Source: a virus. From it: 64,000 bases of DNA. Position numbers and translations under genes: made by a program. Of this stretch, positions 26,769 to 35,458 are shown piece after piece. The notes under the pieces are model-generated. The model did not search any database, was not told the origin of the DNA, and worked only from the letters and a program-made list of their open reading frames with translations. The stretch lies in the IMG/VR virus record IMGVR_UViG_3300048590_000661, positions 1 through 64,000 of that record. One strand, written 5' to 3'. Within the stretch, counting starts at the first letter, position 1. The number at the start of each line of letters is the position of its first letter.

Positions 26769-29438
26769 ATGGCGATATATTACGTAGATACAGTAGCGGG
26801 CAATAATGCAAATAGCGGCACTACTTTTGCTAATGCTTTTAAGACTATTACTAAAGGTATTTCTGTATTAAATTCTGGTGATGCTCTTAAAATAGGGGCA
26901 GGAATTTATAAAGGCGAAGCTTTAGTAATTAATAAACCTAATGTAGTTGTAGAGCCTTATGGCAACGGAGTAGTGACTATAGATGGTGAATATAAGTATC
27001 CATTGGGTAGTTTGGTCAGAGAAGGTATTGTTCTGCCTGATGGCACAGTTACTACGGGGTATACAAATGCTGCTTTATTAGATATTAATGCTAATGGCGT
27101 CACACTTAGGGGTATTAATGGGCGTAACTCTAGGGGTAGAGGGATGCGTATATATGATTGCGAAAATATATTAGTAGAAGATTGTACTATGGAAGGTGCC
27201 AGAAATAGTGCATTGCTTATTTGGTTTGCTAATGATTTAATAATACGACGGTCTACCTTCTCATATGGGTGCAATTATGCTCCTGCATGGCGCACCCCAC
27301 AAACAGCACTTTTCCCAAAAGGCGCAGATTTTAGTAGGTGTAATAACGGGTTAATTGAAGATTGCGAATTACACCACTTTTATGGTGGCGCATTAGGGTC
27401 TACCCTTAGTACGAACACTATATTTAGAGGGTGTAAAATTCATGATTCTTGGCGTACTGGTATTAATTTAACTGCCTCTACAGATGTCCTTGTAGAAAAT
27501 TGCCATGTGTATCAAGAAGACCCATTATGGGTTAATAGGGCATTTGGTGGTATTATTTTCTTACCAGAAAATGACGCTCCTGGTGGCACTAATGTTAGGT
27601 GCATTTTTCAAAATAACTTAGTAGTAGATTATGATGGGGCATGTAATGTTGGGCATGAAACATTAGTAATTAATGATGATTGCAAAATGATTAACAATAC
27701 TTTTATTAACCGTAAGTCTGGCGAAGCTGTTGCAGATTTAAGAAAAACACACCCAACACTTACTATTGAAAATAATATATTCTATGCTGGTTCTGGCGTA
27801 ACTGCTAACATAACTTCTGAATTTATTAATAGTGACCCTACATTTACTAATAATTTATGGTATGGGTACACTCCTGATGCTGGTATTCAAGGGCCAAACT
27901 ACCTTAATGCTGACCCATTATTTGTAAATATTAATGGTGCAGCGTCTATTAGGGATAATTTTAAACTATTGGTAGGTAGCCCAGCAATAGATAGTGCTAC
28001 TAATAATGCCCCATTAACTGACCTAACTGGTGCTAGTCGTTCTGGCGTTCCAGATAGGGGTGCATTTGAATATGCAAGTGGCGTCACTATACCTGTAGAT
28101 GTACCATGCGATAATTCACAAAATGGTGAATTTATTCGTACTATTCTTAATAGCACTAACGATAGCGCGGTACTTGGTGGGGCTTGGAGTAATAATACCA
28201 CCTTAAGAGTAGGCGATCAAAGTTCAACAATATTTGACGATAGATTCGCAGTTACATTCCATAACATCCCTGTTAATGTAGATAATATAATAGAAAGTGC
28301 AATAGTAACTTTAACAATTAGAGCTACAACAGGTGTTGGTGGTAAAGTATTAATTAGGGGTGAAAAAAGCCTTAACCCAGTACACCCTAGTAGTATTGGA
28401 GATTTTGATGGCAGAACAAAAACCACGGCATCAGTGATCTGGAATGTTGGTACACCAACTTTAGATACTCAAGTTACTACTCCTGATTTATCTGCCATTA
28501 TTCAGGAAATTATAGACCAGCCAGGGTGGGTAAATGGTAATAGAATAACTCTATATTTTACTGATAACCAAGGGGCTGGCTATCAAGGGCAAGCTGGAAC
28601 AGCATTCGATTCTTATGATGAAGGTGAAATTGCTACTGGTCCTAAACTGGAAGTAGAATATTCTTGTTTTGTTAGTGGTGGTGTTTGTGATGGCAATATA
28701 CTTTTAAATTCAGACTTTTCTTCTGGTGAAGATAATTGGACAGCTACTAGTGATGGTGTTAATGAAGTAAGTGGTGGGCAATTCCATATTAGTGGTACTA
28801 TTGCTACGTCACCTTTTAACCAACTATTACAAGGTGGGCTTAATATAGTAGAAGGCACGGCATATACACTATCTGTATTACTTAGGTCTGTAGGTGCAGT
28901 TGGGTCAATTAGGGCACAATTATTACAAGATAATTCGCCATTTGCCAACTTAGGGTTAAATGAGACTTTTTCGGTTAGCACAGAACAAACAGTGTATACG
29001 CTTAACTTTGTTGCTACTGCTGATGAGCTAGACGCAAGACTAAGGTTTACATTTTTTACTGGTGATTTTTATATCGATGATGTATGCCTAACTTCTACTG
29101 GTGCGGCACACATTACCGCCGATTTTTATGCATTAGACCCAACAGTTAATGAAGATGAACCCTTGACTTTCGTAAATAATTCTACTAGCACAAATGGTAT
29201 TACTTCATACTTATGGAACTTTGGGGATGGAAGAACGTCTACAGACTTTGAGCCAATTGGTATATCATACCCTGATGCGGGTGAATATATGGTCACTTTG
29301 ACAGTTAATGGGCCTGATGGCGAGTCTAGCGCGACTACTTTAGTCACGATTAATGAAGTTTTGCCGCCTGAAGTAACTGCAAATAATAGTATTCATATTG
29401 GAAAGGCATATGTGACGGTTTTAGTTGTAACAACATAA
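26769..29438 (+). CDS. right-handed beta-helix (pectate-lyase-like) depolymerase/receptor-binding protein with CBM and PKD domains
   Basis: YYVDTVAGNNANSG..AFKTI, parallel beta-helix repeats, SPAIDS..PDRGAFEY, CBM4/9-like NILLNSDFSSG..W, PKD YLWNFGDG. Confidence 0.8.
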   Translation: MAIYYVDTVAGNNANSGTTFANAFKTITKGISVLNSGDALKIGAGIYKGEALVINKPNVVVEPYGNGVVTIDGEYKYPLGSLVREGIVLPDGTVTTGYTNAALLDINANGVTLRGINGRNSRGRGMRIYDCENILVEDCTMEGARNSALLIWFANDLIIRRSTFSYGCNYAPAWRTPQTALFPKGADFSRCNNGLIEDCELHHFYGGALGSTLSTNTIFRGCKIHDSWRTGINLTASTDVLVENCHVYQEDPLWVNRAFGGIIFLPENDAPGGTNVRCIFQNNLVVDYDGACNVGHETLVINDDCKMINNTFINRKSGEAVADLRKTHPTLTIENNIFYAGSGVTANITSEFINSDPTFTNNLWYGYTPDAGIQGPNYLNADPLFVNINGAASIRDNFKLLVGSPAIDSATNNAPLTDLTGASRSGVPDRGAFEYASGVTIPVDVPCDNSQNGEFIRTILNSTNDSAVLGGAWSNNTTLRVGDQSSTIFDDRFAVTFHNIPVNVDNIIESAIVTLTIRATTGVGGKVLIRGEKSLNPVHPSSIGDFDGRTKTTASVIWNVGTPTLDTQVTTPDLSAIIQEIIDQPGWVNGNRITLYFTDNQGAGYQGQAGTAFDSYDEGEIATGPKLEVEYSCFVSGGVCDGNILLNSDFSSGEDNWTATSDGVNEVSGGQFHISGTIATSPFNQLLQGGLNIVEGTAYTLSVLLRSVGAVGSIRAQLLQDNSPFANLGLNETFSVSTEQTVYTLNFVATADELDARLRFTFFTGDFYIDDVCLTSTGAAHITADFYALDPTVNEDEPLTFVNNSTSTNGITSYLWNFGDGRTSTDFEPIGISYPDAGEYMVTLTVNGPDGESSATTLVTINEVLPPEVTANNSIHIGKAYVTVLVVTT

Positions 29439-29553
29439 TTAATAGGAAAAATAATAATATGTATGATATACTAAAAAATATCTTAGGTATTATTATTTCC
29501 TAAGTTAAATAACTATAAGAAGTATTAATAAATATGACGAGGTATAAAACAAC

Positions 29554-29967
29554 ATGGCAGCAATTTTAGGAACAGCAGACGGGTACGCTAATCAGAACTT
29601 CGTAGATATTGATTGTTCTGAGCATTTAGATGATAAACCAAATATTAATAACCCTTGCATTTGTACAATGGCAGTAGGTGAGGTTTATGTTACTCCTACT
29701 GATCGAGTATTTATGCGTATCAACCGCAACATTGGTGAAATCTGCAACGATAATGATTGGATTGAGCTAAAAGCAGCATTAACTAATGGCACACACACAG
29801 TAGATAAACTAAATATTTCTGCTGGTACGGCCACTAAATCACAGATTAATCTAGTAGATGGCGTTGAACCAACTACTAAAGTTAATGGCGATATTTGGCG
29901 AGAAGGTGCCGCTATTCATGTTTATTTGGGTAGTGCTGAATACACTCTTGATATGACCGCAGTATAA
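29554..29967 (+). CDS. short fibre/decoration protein with shared N-terminal Cys module
   Basis: PNINNPCICTMAVGEVYV..TDRVFMR..C..NDWIEL. Confidence 0.7.
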   Translation: MAAILGTADGYANQNFVDIDCSEHLDDKPNINNPCICTMAVGEVYVTPTDRVFMRINRNIGEICNDNDWIELKAALTNGTHTVDKLNISAGTATKSQINLVDGVEPTTKVNGDIWREGAAIHVYLGSAEYTLDMTAV

Positions 29968-29978
29968 ATATAATATAG

Positions 29979-30021
29979 TTTACGTGTTGTATAGTATTAA
30001 ATTTATTATATGACACGTAAA
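29979..30021 (+). terminator. hairpin
   Basis: TTTACGTGTTGTATA / TATATGACACGTAAA inverted repeat (G-U pairs). Confidence 0.6.
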
Positions 30022-30045
30022 TAAATAAATTTATTATAGGTAAAT

Positions 30046-32232
30046 ATGCCAGTAATTGAAAACCAAGAATATAGAAATTTTATTGACCCTAGATGCTATG
30101 AACATTTAGAGTTTCCTAACATAAATAACCCTTGCATCTGTATGATGTCTGTAGGCAGTATTTATATTGGCACTACTGGTAGGGTATTTGTCCGCCAAAA
30201 GAAACGAAATGAAGAAATTTGTCGCTTTACAGATTGGGGCGAATTAATACCATCTCAGGAAATTGTTGGTGATAATTATCTATTAGGTGCAAGTTATAAT
30301 AGCACGACAAATATCCTCACCTTTACTTTAGTTAATGGTACAATTCTTACTGTTGACATGAATGATTTAGTAGATCCACCATCTATTATGACGGCAGATT
30401 TGCCTAATGCTCTTTGGGTGCATAATAATGGCAGTGGGGTACTTACTGATATCCGTTCTGTATCTGCCAACGAAAACAACATTTTAGATATTGGTACAGA
30501 TGGTGGTGCTTATCTTAACGCAGTATCGCTTTGCGCTCTTATTCAAGACTGCAATTTAGGGGTTGGGTTTAACTATATTTCTGGTACAAATACCCTTCGT
30601 TTACTAGACGCTAATAACGATGTTCTTAGCCAAGTAGCACTAAATAATACTTCATTAGTTAACAACAATAATGGGACATTTACTTTTACTAATGAAGTAG
30701 GAACAACTACTACTATTGATTTTAAGCGTACCATTATTACTAACCCCGAAGCTAATGTATACGTCATTACTGATGATAATGGTAATGTGGTAGAAATTGA
30801 TACAACTAATGTTGTTACTACCCTTACGCTAGTAGATTGCACATTAACCTACACTAATGAAGCTGGTACAGTAGTAGATCTAGATTTAACAACTTGTATT
30901 CAAGACTCTCAAAGTCTTACTACTATAGAATATTCTGGTGGTGTCATTACCTACACTGATGAGGCTGGTAATGAAACTACCCTGAATATTGGTGTTGAAA
31001 ATTTCTTAGCTAATGTAGATTATGATGGCGTACTTAATCAATTAACATTTACTCTTACTAATGGCACAGAATTTATTGTCAGCTTAAATGATTTAGTAGA
31101 CACTTTTGCAGTTAATATATTAGATACTGCTACCATTAATATGTCTATTAGTGGTACTGGGCCTACTATTGATCCTTATATTATTAGTGGGTCTGTAAAG
31201 ATTTCTACTGATGCTAATAATAAATTAGAAGCTAAAGCAGATGGGCTATATGTAGATACTAGAATACAATCTGCTAATGACTTTATCAATAATTCTGGTG
31301 TCGGTACTAATTTATTTCCAATTACCTATGACCATGCTAGTGGTAAATTTACTCTTACACAATTAAGCCATAGTAACTTAGCTAATTTAAATAGTGATGA
31401 CCACACACAGTATCTGCTGGCGGACGGTTCGCGCACGGGTGCGAGTAGTTCGTTGCAGGCGTTCACCAGCGGCGTGATTACCGGAATTGTGCGACCGGCG
31501 ACCGATTCGACTACGGCGTTTCGGATACAGGACGCGGCAGGTAGCACGTCTGTGCTGACGGTGGACACGACGAATGGTCGCATTGGTGTCAATGGCGCTC
31601 CGGGAGCGAACAGATTGTCTGTAAAATCGGCAGGGGGCATTGATGCCCTCCTCGTGCGGGACAGTGACGGAAAAGTATTTTGGGGGTCTACATCAGGATT
31701 CGCGTTGGGTGGGGGCACATATCCACTAGGGATTTTACATGACGGAATATCAGCCGCCATCACAAATAGCATTGGTGACATGCAGATACGCAACACGTCG
31801 GCAGCGGGGCGACTGTTATTCCGCACCATAAATACTAATCGGCTATTGATTGATGCGCTTAGTAATGGAGTGTCTGCCATTACGACAAATGTCATTGTGA
31901 CGCACACCGATTCAGGCACACCGGCGACGGGATTTGGCACAGGTATTAATTTTTTACTCAAGAGTAGCACGACGGCAGACCAAAGTGCGGGGCGTCTCAT
32001 TTTCAAGTGGGACGTTGCCGACCACGCCACCCGCAGCGCGACCGGCCAACTGTCGGCCTATTACACCACCACCGAGCACACGCCTGTCACCTGGGGCGCA
32101 AACAGCGGCGGGGCGTTGCTCTCGTTTTATGATGTCGCCACACCGATTGCCCGCCAAACGCTGCCGCTTGGTGCGAGTAGTGACGATATTGTCAATGCAC
32201 TGGCGAATTTGGGATTAACAAAACTTTCATAG
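30046..32232 (+). CDS. long tail fibre with a GC-rich swapped C-terminal tip
   Basis: Shared Cys module, NNNNGTFTFTNE repeats, HSNLANLNSDDHTQY motif, TNGRIGVNG; abrupt GC rise after ~31402. Confidence 0.8.
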   Translation: MPVIENQEYRNFIDPRCYEHLEFPNINNPCICMMSVGSIYIGTTGRVFVRQKKRNEEICRFTDWGELIPSQEIVGDNYLLGASYNSTTNILTFTLVNGTILTVDMNDLVDPPSIMTADLPNALWVHNNGSGVLTDIRSVSANENNILDIGTDGGAYLNAVSLCALIQDCNLGVGFNYISGTNTLRLLDANNDVLSQVALNNTSLVNNNNGTFTFTNEVGTTTTIDFKRTIITNPEANVYVITDDNGNVVEIDTTNVVTTLTLVDCTLTYTNEAGTVVDLDLTTCIQDSQSLTTIEYSGGVITYTDEAGNETTLNIGVENFLANVDYDGVLNQLTFTLTNGTEFIVSLNDLVDTFAVNILDTATINMSISGTGPTIDPYIISGSVKISTDANNKLEAKADGLYVDTRIQSANDFINNSGVGTNLFPITYDHASGKFTLTQLSHSNLANLNSDDHTQYLLADGSRTGASSSLQAFTSGVITGIVRPATDSTTAFRIQDAAGSTSVLTVDTTNGRIGVNGAPGANRLSVKSAGGIDALLVRDSDGKVFWGSTSGFALGGGTYPLGILHDGISAAITNSIGDMQIRNTSAAGRLLFRTINTNRLLIDALSNGVSAITTNVIVTHTDSGTPATGFGTGINFLLKSSTTADQSAGRLIFKWDVADHATRSATGQLSAYYTTTEHTPVTWGANSGGALLSFYDVATPIARQTLPLGASSDDIVNALANLGLTKLS

Positions 32233-32308
32233 TCGCAGCATCGCACACGCAAACAAGGGGATATGCTAACCATTAGCGAGTATTATGGATTAATTAGAGG
32301 TTTTTATT

Positions 32309-32743
32309 ATGACCACAGTTAATGAATTATTGTACCAAGAAAAGATTGACGATGCATATAAAGAATATCGTAATGAACCACGTAATATTATTAATTATGG
32401 CGTTCGCCCTAATGCCCAAAAGTGTTTAGAGTCATATAATAGATTACAAATAGCCCTAGCTGGTGGTAACGATTCTATTATAGATATTTCATCTAAATCA
32501 GAGGTGTTTTCGATTATTACATCTTCTGTACTACCTTTTATTGCTATATTGCAAAATGCTATGAAATTAATCATTGACACACCGATTTTTATTGACCAAT
32601 TGGCGGCTATGCAAGGTATGGAAGTATTACCATTTTTAGGTGTTGGTTCAGATTCTATGATTACGCCAGAAGAATATGTTATATTGTTGTATGAGGCTAT
32701 GACCTCTATTCAAAATGTGATCAGTATTTTAGAAAGTGAATAA
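32309..32743 (+). CDS. hypothetical protein (fibre-associated)
   Basis: RBS GAGG; follows the fibre gene. Confidence 0.65.
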   Translation: MTTVNELLYQEKIDDAYKEYRNEPRNIINYGVRPNAQKCLESYNRLQIALAGGNDSIIDISSKSEVFSIITSSVLPFIAILQNAMKLIIDTPIFIDQLAAMQGMEVLPFLGVGSDSMITPEEYVILLYEAMTSIQNVISILESE

Positions 32744-32746
32744 TTT

Positions 32747-32923
32747 ATGGCGGACTTGACCAAAGAGCAAATTAAAGAGTACCAACAAAAAATGGCGCAA
32801 GAATTTTTAAAGGAATATAATGATTTATGTGAAAGAACTGGATTTGTATTAATTCCTTATGCCATAATTGATAATGAAGGTAGAATCAGGGCAGAGAACC
32901 AAATTGGAGTGAAACCTAACTAA
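32747..32923 (+). CDS. small protein (58 aa)
   Basis: Manual translation MADLTKEQIKEYQQKMAQEFLKEYNDLCERTGF...; TAATG-coupled to 32923. Confidence 0.65.
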   Translation: MADLTKEQIKEYQQKMAQEFLKEYNDLCERTGFVLIPYAIIDNEGRIRAENQIGVKPN

Positions 32924-33336
32924 TGGCAACAAATATTCGAGACGGACAAAGATTATCAGCTAAAGATGCTACCCCTAAAGGTGGTACAGCTTCTACTAGC
33001 GGTGACAACATCATTATCGCTGCTCCAGGTGAAGGAAAAGCTATTGACTTAATTACATGGTCATGGTGGAATAAAACCAATACAGAAACTTCCGTAATTC
33101 TTAAATCTGCTAGCATTGCTAATATTGATAACTATATTACTGATAAATTAGGTAATGGCAAACTATTTACTATTCCTGGCGGGTTTAAGGTTCAATTAGC
33201 AGAAAATGAGGCACTAGTGCTTAACTTAAGTGCAGCTAATGAGCATGGCTATTTTGTATTGTACCAAATTTATGATATTAGAAATGGGAAAGCAGATGAG
33301 GAAACGCAATACGATTATATTATAATGGCGTATTAA
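32923..33336 (+). CDS. virion protein paralogous to 25027..25578
   Basis: SGDNIIIAAPGEG...TWSWWN...LKSA...LVLNLSAA. Confidence 0.7.
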   Translation: MATNIRDGQRLSAKDATPKGGTASTSGDNIIIAAPGEGKAIDLITWSWWNKTNTETSVILKSASIANIDNYITDKLGNGKLFTIPGGFKVQLAENEALVLNLSAANEHGYFVLYQIYDIRNGKADEETQYDYIIMAY

Positions 33337-33488
33337 TAGGTACAGAGCAAACTGTTAGTAATGTTGAAATAATTAGTAATACACGGCATGGCACTTTTTC
33401 AACTTATGAGCTTAATGAGTTTGATAATTTATTAATTTATGATAGCGGTGTTACTGGTACATACGATTCAATTTTAGATACGATATAA
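33300..33488 (+). pseudogene. start-less remnant of a lectin-like fibre C-terminus
   Basis: Open frame GNAIRLYYNGVLIGTEQTVSN...NTRHGTFSTY...FDNLLIY...* with no start codon. Confidence 0.5.
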
Positions 33489-33566
33489 TACAAATAACTA
33501 TAAATTTGGCATTCTTTACCCATTTTTGATACACTCTCTTTAGTACATATTATTAAAGAAAGGATA

Positions 33567-33788
33567 TTGAAAATGGGTAAAAATTTGGTAGTAATTGACT
33601 TAGAGAATTTACCAGAAGAGTTAGCCGTTGCGCATGACTTTTTTGTAAATAATATTTTAACAGAATATGTAAAATATTATACACATGGTAATAAGGCTGC
33701 TGGCGCACGGTTACGTAAAAATAGTTTAACACTTAAGAAGTTTGCAGAAAATTTACGCAAACAAGTACGTGAAGATTTAAATAAATAA
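33567..33788 (+). CDS. histone H1-like (Hc1-family) nucleoid protein
   Basis: GNKAAGARLRKNSLTLKKFAENLRKQV motif; RBS AAGGA. Confidence 0.7.
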   Translation: MKMGKNLVVIDLENLPEELAVAHDFFVNNILTEYVKYYTHGNKAAGARLRKNSLTLKKFAENLRKQVREDLNK

Positions 33789-33794
33789 CTATAT

Positions 33795-34502
33795 ATGATA
33801 ATTAATGGGTATGACGTATCTATTAATAGAATATCTAATTATCTTTTATATGAAAAAATTATTAAATCTGATAAGTTTAATTCATTAATATATCCAGAAA
33901 TACCAAAAAAATGGGATGAAAAAAGAAAAGGGTGGTTAGAAAACCCAATGCATCCTGATTATTTACGTGATATAGATTTATATGAAATAGCTAAAAATAA
34001 TATTATTATAGATTTACTATTAGATGAAGTAGTTGAAATTAATATAAATTCTATTGACCAAAATGTTATTAATAGGCTTAAAAGAACTAGATTAACAGAT
34101 AATTTGAAATTAGGTATTCTAAAGCATATAATATTACAAAGTCCCAATGATATTAATAAGATAGTATACTCTACATTATTAACTGAAGCATTAGTATACG
34201 AATATATTGGATTAATTTCTATCACACGTAATGGAGTTGATATTTTAACACATGGGTTAAAGAACCCTGCTGATGCTCATATTGAAATATCACCTATTAC
34301 AGTTGGAGCATATGAGTTAGTTAGCCCATTGCATGAATATACAGCATGTATAGAGGCTAAATTAGATTGGAATAGTTGGTTAAATAATGGGTATGAGCTT
34401 AATGTAATGGCGTATACAATCGCTATTCACCGTTTAAATAAGTTAATAGACATCCACTCACAGGATGAAATTCAAAGTCAACAATCGAAAGGCAAGAAAT
34501 AA
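33795..34502 (+). CDS. hypothetical (tail assembly region)
   Basis: Position upstream of the tape measure gene. Confidence 0.55.
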   Translation: MIINGYDVSINRISNYLLYEKIIKSDKFNSLIYPEIPKKWDEKRKGWLENPMHPDYLRDIDLYEIAKNNIIIDLLLDEVVEININSIDQNVINRLKRTRLTDNLKLGILKHIILQSPNDINKIVYSTLLTEALVYEYIGLISITRNGVDILTHGLKNPADAHIEISPITVGAYELVSPLHEYTACIEAKLDWNSWLNNGYELNVMAYTIAIHRLNKLIDIHSQDEIQSQQSKGKK

Positions 34503-34507
34503 TTAAC

Positions 34508-34930
34508 ATGGCAACTAAAACTAATGAAGTAAAGGCTGTAACCCTTAGTACTGGTGTAGAAGTTCGGTTTGAAGACCTTAATCAAAATACAATTCAAGAC
34601 CTAGTACTAACATCTTTTTCTGGTATGAATCTACAAAAAATGGATCAAGATGAAGTTTTGCAACATGGGGATAAATTAGTTAGATATAATACAACCCTTA
34701 TTCAAGAAGGGGTATATTTGGTAGGTAGTTTAGAAGATGCTATTAAAACAATTGGGCTATCTGCTAATTGGATGAAACAGCTACTTCGTAGCGGTAAGGT
34801 AGTAGATGCTCAATACTATGACCTTGACGATGATCGTGACAAGGAAATACTTTTCTTGCGGTATCATGCTTTTAAAACTGAGGAAGATTTTGCTAAACTA
34901 ACAGAGTATACATTAGGTGGTAATCGCTAA
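34508..34930 (+). CDS. tail assembly chaperone (putative)
   Basis: VTLSTGVEVRF N-terminus; position. Confidence 0.5.
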   Translation: MATKTNEVKAVTLSTGVEVRFEDLNQNTIQDLVLTSFSGMNLQKMDQDEVLQHGDKLVRYNTTLIQEGVYLVGSLEDAIKTIGLSANWMKQLLRSGKVVDAQYYDLDDDRDKEILFLRYHAFKTEEDFAKLTEYTLGGNR

Positions 34931-34933
34931 TTA

Positions 34934-35458
34934 ATGGGTTTTTCAAATGGGTTTAAGACACTAGTTAACAAGTTTAGTTGGGTTAAGTCTTTAACTTCTG
35001 GTTTAGATAATGAAGAAAGGGTTATTCGTAACCGCATTATGCCAGAACTTAGAGAGCTAGTGTCTAAATTTGATACTGATATACCCGTTGATTATGAAAA
35101 AATTGAAGATGGTGAATCTACTAGATTTACTATTGGACCAGTAGAAGGGGTATACTTCACTAGAGAAAGTGATGGTGATAGCATACCTACTTCTGCTTTA
35201 TTTAATTGGTTAAATGATGGCACTGATGTTAGACGTGTTATTTTCTTCCCTCCAGGTGAATATAAAAGAGAGTCAGAGCCTAACTCTTTATCAACAAGTA
35301 GTCAAGATAATTCCGGTGTTACAATCTATGCTAGTAAGAACTTTGATTTCCCTGGCATAGAAGCTAGAAATTGGACACGACTTTTAAGAGATAAATACCA
35401 AAGTGAGATTGAAAGAAGTTTTCTAACAGGTATTAAGCAATATCTGAGGGGTAAGTAA
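34934..35458 (+). CDS. tail completion protein (HK97 gp10-like, putative)
   Basis: FNWLNDGT...PGIEARNW motif. Confidence 0.55.
   Translation: MGFSNGFKTLVNKFSWVKSLTSGLDNEERVIRNRIMPELRELVSKFDTDIPVDYEKIEDGESTRFTIGPVEGVYFTRESDGDSIPTSALFNWLNDGTDVRRVIFFPPGEYKRESEPNSLSTSSQDNSGVTIYASKNFDFPGIEARNWTRLLRDKYQSEIERSFLTGIKQYLRGK

Noticed and set aside
31326-32218. Overlapping ORFs in the GC-rich segment
   Set aside because: Stop-codon scarcity in GC-rich DNA; the fibre frame is continuous across it
33285-33292. GGGAAAG lambda-type slippery heptamer that might join 32923 to the downstream remnant
   Set aside because: Not in the X XXY YYZ register, and the -1 frame hits TGA before the remnant
19827-33488. 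Diversity-generating retroelement or invertase shufflon acting on the fibres
   Set aside because: No reverse transcriptase, recombinase, adenine-variant TR/VR pair or inverted cassettes seen in this window
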